This document shows, one piece after another, positions 9,353-16,733 of a stretch of 32,000 nt of DNA. The notes under the pieces are model-generated. The model made no database searches. It was not told where the DNA came from and saw only the letters and a list, made by a program, of their open reading frames with translations. How positions within the stretch are numbered: the stretch's first letter is position 1; each line of letters starts with the position of its first letter. The DNA is from Acidobacteriota bacterium (GTDB taxonomy: Bacteria; Pseudomonadota; Alphaproteobacteria; Caulobacterales; Hyphomonadaceae), in the NCBI GenBank assembly GCA_016712445.1, contig JADJRB010000010.1:85778-117777 (forward strand). Reading direction: 5' to 3'. Made by a program: the position numbers and the translations under genes.

Positions 9353-11245
9353 GTGACCCCCAGAGACGCCGCCCGGCGCGCAATGGCGCTCACGCTTTCG
9401 TTCGACCTGGCGATGGCCGGTCTGGCGATGACACTCGCGCATCTGATCATGCTGTTTTCGGATCCGGAGTTGCCGGTCTTTCCCGTCCGCGCCTGGATTC
9501 TTGCCAGCTCCACTTTCATGCTCGCGGCGGCCTGCGGGCTCATCGTGGGCGGCGTGCACCGCCAGGTCTGGCGCCATATCGGCGCGCCGGATGCGATCCG
9601 TCTCATTCAGGGCATCGCGCTCGCGGTCTTCCTTTACTTGCCGGTCATGGTCGCCCTGAATGGCCGCCTGATCGACCCCCTGCCCGTGCTGTTGCTGACC
9701 ACGGCGATCTGGACTGCGGCGGCGTTCGCGGGCCGCATGGTCGCCCGCTATCGCACTACCAATGCGCCCTTCGAAATCTTCCAGCGTCTGCCGCGCGACA
9801 GCCAGCCGGTGCTGCTGGTCGGCAATCCGGACAGCTGGGTGCACGTCCTGCGCCGGCTCGAAACATCGCCGACCGGCGCTACGGTGCGCGTCCTCGGCCT
9901 GATCGAAGTGGACGACAAGGAACCAGGCCGCGCCGTGCGCGGCCTGCCGATCATGGGCAGCCTCGTGAACCTCCACGAGGTGATCGACGTGCTCGCGCTG
10001 CGCTATGGCAGCGCGCCCTGGGTCGCCGTCACCGGTCCGGCCCGCGAACGCGAGACGATGAACCGCATTCTCGAGATCGCCTCCAGCCACGGCGCCAAGA
10101 TCATGGCGCTCGGCCATGACGAGACCGCGCAGACGCTCGAACCCGTTCGCCCCGCCGACCTCCTTGCACGCCCCGAGCGCACGCTGGATCTCGCGCCCGT
10201 GCGCGACCTGATCGCGGGCACCAACGTGCTGATCACCGGCGGCGGCGGCTCCATCGGCTCCGAACTTGCCCGGCAGGTTGCGCGCCAGTCGCCGGCCTCC
10301 CTGTCGATCCTCGATTCCTCCGAACTGAACCTCTACCAGATCGACCACGAGCTGCGTGAACGCCACCCCGACCTTCGCCTCGCCTGCCATCTGGGCGATG
10401 TGCGCGATGCCGGCCGCGTCGCCGGCGTCTTCGCCGAAGCGCAGCCCGGCCTCGTCATCCACGCGGCAGCCCTGAAACATGTGCCGCTGATGGAAGAGAA
10501 CATCTGCGAAGCGATCCTGACGAATGTCAGCGGCGCCGTGAATGTCGCTCGCGCCGCCGCCACGTCCGGCGCCCGCCGGTTCGTGTTCATCTCCACCGAC
10601 AAGGCCGTGCTGCCCGACAACGTCATGGGCGCCACCAAGCGCCTCGCCGAACTCGCCTCCGAACGCATCATCAACGAAGCCGGCATGTCCGGCGCCATGG
10701 TCCGGTTCGGCAACGTGCTCGGCTCATCCGGTTCGGTTGTGCCGCTGTTCGAACGCCAGATCGCCGCCGGCGGCCCGGTCACGCTCACCGACCCGGAAGC
10801 CACGCGCTATTTCATGACCATCGAGGAAGCGACCGCCCTCGTCCTGCAGGCCGCCGCCCTGCAGCGGGAAGACCGGCGCGCGGAACTCTTCGTGCTCGAC
10901 ATGGGCGAGCCCATCGCCATCCGCCAGCTCGCCGAAACCATGATCCGCCTGAAGGGCAAGGTGCCCGACGCCGACATCCAGATCCTCACCACCGGCATGC
11001 GCCGCGGCGAGAAGATGCACGAGGCACTGACCTATGCCCACGAGGCGCTGGAGCCGACGCCGGTCGACGGCGTCAACCGCGTCACCAGCGCCGCCGCGGC
11101 CAGCGAGCTGCTCGACAAGCAATTGACCGTGCTGATCGAGGCTGCCCGCCGGCAGGACGCGTCCGAAGCGCTGCGCCTGCTCGGCGCGCTGGTGCCGGAA
11201 TACGGCGCCGAACGCGGCCCGGACGCGCAGCGCCTCCCGGCCTGA
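9353..11245 (+). CDS. Membrane-anchored polysaccharide biosynthesis protein (CapD/WbpM/PglF-like NDP-sugar 4,6-dehydratase/epimerase)
   Basis: 630 aa with a GTG start. It has N-terminal TM helices, the Rossmann motif VLITGGGGSIGSEL, and ...FVFISTDKAV.P.NVMGATKRLAE... typical of this family. Confidence 0.86.
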   Translation: MTPRDAARRAMALTLSFDLAMAGLAMTLAHLIMLFSDPELPVFPVRAWILASSTFMLAAACGLIVGGVHRQVWRHIGAPDAIRLIQGIALAVFLYLPVMVALNGRLIDPLPVLLLTTAIWTAAAFAGRMVARYRTTNAPFEIFQRLPRDSQPVLLVGNPDSWVHVLRRLETSPTGATVRVLGLIEVDDKEPGRAVRGLPIMGSLVNLHEVIDVLALRYGSAPWVAVTGPARERETMNRILEIASSHGAKIMALGHDETAQTLEPVRPADLLARPERTLDLAPVRDLIAGTNVLITGGGGSIGSELARQVARQSPASLSILDSSELNLYQIDHELRERHPDLRLACHLGDVRDAGRVAGVFAEAQPGLVIHAAALKHVPLMEENICEAILTNVSGAVNVARAAATSGARRFVFISTDKAVLPDNVMGATKRLAELASERIINEAGMSGAMVRFGNVLGSSGSVVPLFERQIAAGGPVTLTDPEATRYFMTIEEATALVLQAAALQREDRRAELFVLDMGEPIAIRQLAETMIRLKGKVPDADIQILTTGMRRGEKMHEALTYAHEALEPTPVDGVNRVTSAAAASELLDKQLTVLIEAARRQDASEALRLLGALVPEYGAERGPDAQRLPA

Positions 11246-11248
11246 GGC

Positions 11249-11965
11249 TCAGGCCACCACGATCGGCGAAAACGACCCGAAGATCATCCGGCCCATGTCG
11301 GCGCCGACCGTCGCCGGATTGTATTTCTCCATCCGCGGGTCGCCCATCACGGTCTCCCAGGCTTTCTTCTGCACTTCCGCGTTCGGCCAGTTGATCCATG
11401 AAAAGACCACCGTCTCGCCGGGCTTTTCGAGAATTGCCGTGTGGAACGAGTTCACCTTGCCCTGCGGCACATCATCCGCCCACGCATCAACCACCGACGT
11501 TGCGCCGTGCTCGAGGAACAGCTCCGCCATCTGCTTCGAGGCCGCGATATAATCCGCCCGCTTGTCCGCCGGCACCGGCAGCACCATCCCGTCGATGATG
11601 CCGGGCGTCGCCAGCGCATCGCCCAGCACAACATCAAATCCGCCCACAATCATCCGCATCCCGTCGAAGGGCATCCCACCGTCCATCTTCATGTCGGGGT
11701 CTTCCATCATCTTCTTGTTGCCGGCATCGCGCGTCGCGCGGTCAGGCCAGACGATCCATGAAAAGACCACCGACTCGTCGTCCTTCTTCATCACCGCCGA
11801 ATTGAAGCAATTGGTCTTGCCCTTCGGCACCTCGACGCCCCAATTCTCCACGAACCCGATCGCGCCATGCTTCTGGAAAAAAGGCAGCGCATCGGCCGCC
11901 ATCTTGCGGTAGGCCTCCTTGTTGGCGTTGGGGACCGGCAGGATAAATCCATCGATATACGGCAT
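11249..11965 (-). CDS. Tandem DUF1428 (YbaA-like) protein: two DUF1428 domains fused in one polypeptide
   Basis: ORF 11249..12022 trimmed to the ATG at 11965 (MPYIDGFILPVPNANKEAYRKMA...). A second copy starts at ...IIDGMVLPVPADKRADYIAASKQMA... Both halves carry VVFSWI.WP. Confidence 0.75.
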   Translation of the reverse strand: MPYIDGFILPVPNANKEAYRKMAADALPFFQKHGAIGFVENWGVEVPKGKTNCFNSAVMKKDDESVVFSWIVWPDRATRDAGNKKMMEDPDMKMDGGMPFDGMRMIVGGFDVVLGDALATPGIIDGMVLPVPADKRADYIAASKQMAELFLEHGATSVVDAWADDVPQGKVNSFHTAILEKPGETVVFSWINWPNAEVQKKAWETVMGDPRMEKYNPATVGADMGRMIFGSFSPIVVA

Positions 11966-11969
11966 GTCT

Positions 11970-12470
11970 TCAGCTCCCTGACATTTGTGCCATGGCCGCG
12001 TCGCGCGCAGCCGCCATTTCATCGGCCGATTTCGGCGGCCAGACCGGCGTCGCCACGGACCACAAGTGCCCGAACGGATCCTTCACGACGCCGTAGCGGT
12101 CGCCCCAGAACTGGTCGGCCACCGGCATCACGACCTCGGCGCCTGCCTTCACAGCCTGCGCCACCACCGCGTCCACATCATCGACCATCAGGTGCAGCGT
12201 CACCGGGGAGCCGCCCAGCGACAGCGGCGAGACCCCGCCCATCTCCGGATACTCGTCGTTCAGCATCACCATCGCCCCGTTCAGGCGCACCGAGGCATGC
12301 ATCAGCCGCCCGTCCGGCCCCGGCAGGCGCATCATCTCCTCGGCGCCGAAAGCCGTCACGTAAAAATCGATTGCCTTGCTGCAATCCCTGCAGGTGAGGT
12401 GCGGCATCAGCAATGCCACGCCCATTTCCGCTGCAATGTCCGCCACCGGCGGCCGCTTGTCCTTGCCCAT
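11970..12470 (-). CDS. VOC family protein (glyoxalase/bleomycin-resistance fold, PhnB-like)
   Basis: ORF 11970..12473. An ATG at 12470 is preceded by GGAG. ...MPHLTCRDCSKAIDFYVTAFGAEE...VADQFWGDRYGVVKDPFGHLWSV is a VOC/PhnB-type sequence. Confidence 0.8.
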   Translation of the reverse strand: MGKDKRPPVADIAAEMGVALLMPHLTCRDCSKAIDFYVTAFGAEEMMRLPGPDGRLMHASVRLNGAMVMLNDEYPEMGGVSPLSLGGSPVTLHLMVDDVDAVVAQAVKAGAEVVMPVADQFWGDRYGVVKDPFGHLWSVATPVWPPKSADEMAAARDAAMAQMSGS

Positions 12471-12489
12471 CACCTGCTCCTTTTCCAGT

Positions 12490-12699
12490 TCATCCGTTTA
12501 CGGACCGGTAGTGCGCCACCAGCGCATTCGCGTGCCCATGCCCCAGTCCGTGCTCCGCCTTCAGCGCCGAGACGATCTCCATATGCTTGCGCCCGTCCAT
12601 GCCCTTGATGACATTCATCCAGTGGCTGACCGGCTTGCCATAGGTCTTCTCGATCGACGGGAAATATGACGCCGGCCCCTTCACCTTGTCCGCGCTCAT
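12490..12699 (-). CDS. DUF4287 domain-containing protein
   Basis: 69 aa: MSADKVKGPASYFPSIEKTYGKPVSHWMNVIKGMDGRKHMEIVSALKAEHGLGHGHANALV. This matches the DUF4287 pattern. Its start overlaps the upstream gene's stop by 4 nt. Confidence 0.75.
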   Translation of the reverse strand: MSADKVKGPASYFPSIEKTYGKPVSHWMNVIKGMDGRKHMEIVSALKAEHGLGHGHANALVAHYRSVNG

Positions 12700-13181
12700 G
12701 ACACCGCCGCCTTGTCCTCGAACGCAGCCCGGATTGCCGCAAGATCGATCTTGCGCATCTGCAGCATCGCCGCGCGCGCCCGCCCCGCGGCCGCCTGGTC
12801 AGGATCGGCAAACATCCGCACCATCGGCTCCGGCACGATCTGCCAGGACACGCCATAACGGTCCGCCAGCCAGCCGCACATGCTCTCTTCGCCGCCGCCG
12901 TCCAGCAGCGCGCTCCACAGCCTGTCCGTCTCCGCCTGGTCCTTCGTCAGCACACTGATCGAGGCCGCCGGCGTCAGCTTGTAGTGCGGCCCGGCCGTCA
13001 GGTGCATCATCGGTGCGCCCGCCAGCGTGTATTCAACTACCATCGGGTCAGCGGCATTGCCATGGTCCATGATCCCGTCAATCCGGCTGTCCGGCAGCAG
13101 CGACACGTAATACTTTGCCGCCTCGACGCCGCCCTTGTCGAACCACAGGCAGGTGCGCACCTTCTTCTCAAGCAATCCCAT
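12696..13181 (-). CDS. VOC family protein with a 3-demethylubiquinone-9 3-methyltransferase-like (PF06983/PhnB-like) domain
   Basis: ORF 12696..13229 trimmed to the ATG at 13181 (MGLLEKKVRTCLWFDKGGVEAAKYYVSLLPDSRI...CGWLADRYGVSWQIVP...MLQMRKIDLAAIRAAF). Confidence 0.75.
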   Translation of the reverse strand: MGLLEKKVRTCLWFDKGGVEAAKYYVSLLPDSRIDGIMDHGNAADPMVVEYTLAGAPMMHLTAGPHYKLTPAASISVLTKDQAETDRLWSALLDGGGEESMCGWLADRYGVSWQIVPEPMVRMFADPDQAAAGRARAAMLQMRKIDLAAIRAAFEDKAAVS

Positions 13182-13191
13182 ACCGGTCTCC

Positions 13192-13854
13192 TCAGGTCGC
13201 CGCGGCCTGCGCGGCCTCAAACGCTTCAAAATGCTTCAGCTGCGCCGCCAGCGCTTTCCTGAACGCAGGCCGTCCAGTGCAACGGACACAGTAAGCCTCA
13301 AGTTCCGGAAAAGCCGCAAGATGCGGCGAGCCCGCAATCTCGCGCAGCACGCACGCCATCATCAGGTCGCCGGCGGAAAATTCGCCCTCCAGATAATCCT
13401 TCGAGCCCAGCCAGTCCGACAGGCGCTGCAGGCGCATCCGCAGGATCTCCGCCGCCTTCGCGCCGAAGCCTTTCGCCCAGGGCTCGGCCGCCCAGAATAT
13501 TTCGGCACTGCGCACATTCATCACGAACGGCTCGACCGAATTCATCGCCGCAAACACCCAGCTCGCCGTGCGCGCCCGCGCGGCCTCACCGGCCGGCATC
13601 AGTGCTTTTGAACGCTCCGCAATCCGCAGCACGATCGCGCCGGATTCGAACATGTCGACCGGCCCGTCGCGATAGGCGGGCACCTGCGCAAACGGCTGAC
13701 GGCGCAGGTGCGCCGGCGCGACCTTCTGGTCATGATCGATGATGTTTTCCGAATAGGCGAGCCCCGCTTCTTCCAGCGCCCAGCGCACGCGCAAGTCGCG
13801 CACGAAGCCCTGCGCGAAATCCGGAACCCAGTTGAATGCCGTCACCTCTGGCAT
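13192..13854 (-). CDS. Glutathione S-transferase
   Basis: 220 aa. It has an N-terminal thioredoxin-like GST region (...QPFAQVPAYRDGPVDMFESGAIVLRIAE...) and a helical C-terminal domain. GAGG lies upstream of the ATG at 13854. Confidence 0.84.
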   Translation of the reverse strand: MPEVTAFNWVPDFAQGFVRDLRVRWALEEAGLAYSENIIDHDQKVAPAHLRRQPFAQVPAYRDGPVDMFESGAIVLRIAERSKALMPAGEAARARTASWVFAAMNSVEPFVMNVRSAEIFWAAEPWAKGFGAKAAEILRMRLQRLSDWLGSKDYLEGEFSAGDLMMACVLREIAGSPHLAAFPELEAYCVRCTGRPAFRKALAAQLKHFEAFEAAQAAAT

Positions 13855-13895
13855 GGCGCTTACCTCTTCCCTTCAAACGTTGCCTGCCTGTTCTC

Positions 13896-13919
13896 GTTGA
13901 CAGATATGTTGATGTCAAC
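13896..13919. promoter_or_regulatory. Palindromic operator candidate in the GST/marR divergent intergenic region
   Basis: GTTGACA (13896-13902) and TGTCAAC (13913-13919) are perfect 7-bp inverted arms 10 bp apart. Each strand therefore reads a consensus -35 hexamer, TTGACA. Confidence 0.5.
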
Positions 13920-13932
13920 CTACTTATCGGTC

Positions 13933-14379
13933 ATGCGATCTGATTTGCCGCTCAGCGTCACGCACGAAGTCTACACGCGCTGCCTTTGCCTCAGCGTGCA
14001 CCGCGCCGCGCGCGCCCTCGCCCGCAGGTTCGACGCGGCGCTTGCCCCGTTCGGCATCAGCCACGGGCAGTATTCCCTGCTGATGTCGCTCAACCGGCCG
14101 GACGCGCCGCGCCTTGGCGAGGCGGCGTCCTTCCTGGCGATGGACCGCACGACGCTGACGGCCAACCTGAAGCCGCTCGAAAAGCGCGGCCTCGTGCGGA
14201 TCGTGCCGGATGAAGATGACCGCCGCTCGCGCCGCCTCCATCTCACCGATGCCGGGCGCGATCTCCTGAAACTGGCCGTGCCGGTCTGGCGCGCCACGCA
14301 TGATGAAGTCGACACGCACCTGCCCGCCGGCAGCAAATCCCTGCGCCCCAGCCTCACGCGCATCGCTGCGGCTTACTGA
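13933..14379 (+). CDS. MarR family transcriptional regulator
   Basis: This is the tail of ORF 13708..14379. ...HRAARALARRFDAALAPFGISHGQYSLLMSL...LAMDRTTLTANLKPLEKRGLVRIVPDEDDRRSRRLHLTDAGRDLL is a winged-helix MarR signature. I chose the ATG at 13933. An in-frame ATG at 13906 is possible but lies inside the palindrome. Confidence 0.85.
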   Translation: MRSDLPLSVTHEVYTRCLCLSVHRAARALARRFDAALAPFGISHGQYSLLMSLNRPDAPRLGEAASFLAMDRTTLTANLKPLEKRGLVRIVPDEDDRRSRRLHLTDAGRDLLKLAVPVWRATHDEVDTHLPAGSKSLRPSLTRIAAAY

Positions 14380-14515
14380 GCCCTGTGCGCTAGGCGCACT
14401 TACGCAACGGTTTTGCCCCCTGCGGAAAACAAAATAACAAGCCGCACCAAGCGCTTGTAAAATAGTTCGCCAAAACTTACGCCGCCCCTCCGCGCACGGA
14501 GTTATACTCCGTCGC

Positions 14516-14902
14516 ATGTACTCCATCGCCCGCCTCCGTCAGCACCCGCACTTCGCGCCCTTCTTCGCGCATGTGCATCCGTTGTGCTGGCTGATCCTCT
14601 GGTGGGAGCTCAACCGCCTGCTCCGCTGGTTCAACGCCTACGGAATCGGGAACGCGCTCTACTCGGTCAACGAATGGGGCTTCGTCTCCATCCACTATGC
14701 CGTCCCCCAGCCAGACCCGAACGCCTACAACCCCCCACAGCGAACCTTCCGTCCCCTGACGGACCCCGCATGGGAGTCATCCCTTCCGGCTTGCCTGGAC
14801 ATTGAAACGTTGGCTGCCGCCATCCTCCCGCGTTTCGCGGGGAAGGTGTCACCGCAGGTGACGGAGGGGGCTGCAGCCCTCACCCTCCTCGACACTTCCT
14901 AG
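14516..14902 (+). CDS. Hypothetical protein (no family recognised)
   Basis: 128-aa ORF. The first ~100 codons have strongly GC3-biased, host-like codon usage (MYSIARLRQHPHFAPFFAHVHPLCWLILWWELNRLLRWF...). The last ~25 codons read into hairpin-rich repeat DNA, so the 3' end is doubtful. Confidence 0.4.
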   Translation: MYSIARLRQHPHFAPFFAHVHPLCWLILWWELNRLLRWFNAYGIGNALYSVNEWGFVSIHYAVPQPDPNAYNPPQRTFRPLTDPAWESSLPACLDIETLAAAILPRFAGKVSPQVTEGAAALTLLDTS

Positions 14903-14904
14903 GC

Positions 14905-15060
14905 TTTCCCCACATCGCGAAGCTCATCCTGAGCGAAGTCGAAGGATAGAGCGGGCTCACCGCCCACCCCAGCACCCCACCCGTGTCATCCCGGCGAACG
15001 CCGGGACCCAGTCCTCGCCCAAGCCCTCGCTGGATCCCGGCTTTCGCCGGGAAGACACGG
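14905..15060. repeat. REP-like patch of short palindromic elements
   Basis: Hairpin CTCATCCT...AGGATAGAG (14923-14951). A ~72-bp imperfect palindrome has arm GTCATCCCGGCGAACGCCGGGACCCAG (14985-15011) matching arm CTGGATCCCGGCTTTCGCCGGGAAGAC (15030-15056) at 24/27 positions. Each arm contains its own CCCGGC/GCCGGG hairpin. Confidence 0.55.
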
Positions 15061-15133
15061 AAAATGAAAGCTACAACTTTGCACCGGCCGGCTCACCCCC
15101 GCGTCCGGCCGCACGTGCTTGTCCGCGCAAGCC

Positions 15134-16006
15134 TCAGCCCTTGCGCCCGCCCGCCTTGAAATAATCCAGCGTCCCGCGCGTGATCACCCGGTCGCCGGCG
15201 ACCACATCGCGGGCCTCGAAAACCGGCAGGCCCTTCACGTCGGCGTAGACGGTGCCGAAATCCTTGTAGCAGGCCTCCAGCAGCGCCTCGAAACTGTCGA
15301 TGACGAAATAGGTCTGCTGGAAATCGTCGATGATGTATTTCGTCCGCATCAGACGCTTCAGGTCAAACCCGATCCGGTTGGGGCTTGCGTCTTCCAGCGC
15401 GAACACCGTTTCGTGCGGGCTCGACAGGATGCCCGCGCCATAGATGCGCAAACCGTCCGTCTCCTGAATAAGTCCGAACTCCACCGTGTACCAGTAAAGC
15501 CGCGCGAGGTTGTGCAGCTGGCCAAGGCGCATCGCCCGCTGTCCGCCCTTGCCATAGGCTTCCATGAAATCGGCAAACACCGGGTTCGCCAGCATCGGCA
15601 CATGCCCGAAGATGTCGTGGAAGATGTCCGGTTCCTGCAGGTAATCGAACTCCGCCTCGGGGCGGATGAATGCGCCTGCCGGGAAGCGGCGGTTGGCGAG
15701 ATGGTTGAAGAAGATGTCGTCCGGCACAAGCTCCGCCACCGGCACGATCCGCCAGCCGGTCATCGCTTCCAGCTTGTCCGACAGCCGGCCCATGTGGGGA
15801 ATGCCGGAGGGCGAAAGCTCCAGCGCGCTCATCGCGTCGAGCGCCGCCTGGCAGGCCCGGCCCTTCGTCACCTCGCGCTGGCGGCGGAACAGCCGGTCCC
15901 AGCGATCATGCTCCTCGGGGCTGTAGGTGTCCCAGGCCTGGTCGATGGTGAAATCGGGCGCGCGCGGCGCGCCGTGATAGCGATTCTTTGCAAAGGCCGT
16001 GTCCAT
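15134..16006 (-). CDS. phhA: Phenylalanine 4-monooxygenase
   Basis: 290 aa. The iron-binding region is ...YLQEPDIFHDIFGHVPMLANPVFADFMEAYG...LARLYWYTVEFGLI..., with the conserved aromatic amino acid hydroxylase His/His/Glu context. Confidence 0.9.
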   Translation of the reverse strand: MDTAFAKNRYHGAPRAPDFTIDQAWDTYSPEEHDRWDRLFRRQREVTKGRACQAALDAMSALELSPSGIPHMGRLSDKLEAMTGWRIVPVAELVPDDIFFNHLANRRFPAGAFIRPEAEFDYLQEPDIFHDIFGHVPMLANPVFADFMEAYGKGGQRAMRLGQLHNLARLYWYTVEFGLIQETDGLRIYGAGILSSPHETVFALEDASPNRIGFDLKRLMRTKYIIDDFQQTYFVIDSFEALLEACYKDFGTVYADVKGLPVFEARDVVAGDRVITRGTLDYFKAGGRKG

Positions 16007-16062
16007 GGCGCCAGTATAGGCCGGACCGCCAATTAGTTCCAGATGTAACTAATTTCGGGGCT

Positions 16063-16329
16063 TCAGTTGACCGAACGGGCGTCCACGATCTCGGTCAGCG
16101 TCACGCCCAGTTCACCGTCGGCCACCACCAGCTTGCCGCGCGCGATCAGGCGGCCGGAAACGTAGATATCCACCGGCTCGCCGGTCTCCTTCTGCATCGT
16201 CAGCACATCGCCGGGCGCCAGCGCCATCAGCTCTTCCATCGTCAGGCGCACATCGCCGAGCACGACCTCAACGCGCACCGGCACGTCGAGCAGCATCCGG
16301 TGGAAGGCGGGGTTGGTCTGTTCGGTCAT
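16063..16329 (-). CDS. fliN: Flagellar motor switch protein FliN (SpoA domain only)
   Basis: 88 aa. LLDVPVRVEVVLGDVRLTMEELMALAPGDVLTMQKETGEPVDIYVSGRLIARGKLVVADGELGVTLTEIV matches the FliN C-terminal SpoA consensus closely. The ATG overlaps the upstream stop (ATGA). Confidence 0.85.
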   Translation of the reverse strand: MTEQTNPAFHRMLLDVPVRVEVVLGDVRLTMEELMALAPGDVLTMQKETGEPVDIYVSGRLIARGKLVVADGELGVTLTEIVDARSVN

Positions 16330-16733
16330 GTCTGTCCTTCCCTGGACGAAGCGGCCGGGGGAAACAAGTCGCCCTGCCCACTGACGATGCGCGCTGCAGC
16401 CCCATCAATCAGGCTGCGCAGCCGTGTCTCGGTCACCGCATGATACTGCGCTGCGCCGATCAGGCCCATCACCTGCGTGATCTCCTCCAGCGCCTGCGAA
16501 AGTTCCGCGCTCACGGCCGCCAGACGTTCGCTTTCGCTATCGGCCCGGCGCTGTTCAACTTCCGCCAGCGTTTCGGCCCGCACCTGCGTGATCAGCGCGG
16601 CCAGTTCTTCGCCGCTGAAGCTGACGCGCGTGTCGGCTTCGCTGGCCACTTCCTTTGCCGGTTCGGGCTGCGCACCGAAATCGGCGCGAAAGTCGAACGC
16701 GGTCACGGACTTGATGGCGCGCACATTGCTCAT
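16326..16733 (-). CDS. Hypothetical protein in the FlbE/FliH position of a fliF-type operon
   Basis: 135 aa with an acidic, Ala/Glu-rich helical core (EELAALITQVRAETLAEVEQRRADSESERLAAVSAELSQALEE). The assignment rests on synteny (between fliG and fliN) and composition only. It has ATGA overlaps at both ends. Confidence 0.5.
   Translation of the reverse strand: MSNVRAIKSVTAFDFRADFGAQPEPAKEVASEADTRVSFSGEELAALITQVRAETLAEVEQRRADSESERLAAVSAELSQALEEITQVMGLIGAAQYHAVTETRLRSLIDGAAARIVSGQGDLFPPAASSREGQT

Noticed and set aside
9290-10480. 396-aa minus-strand ORF
   Set aside because: It is antisense to the CapD-like dehydratase (Rossmann motif and catalytic region are on the plus strand). Its composition is low complexity and Arg/Gly/Asp/His-rich.
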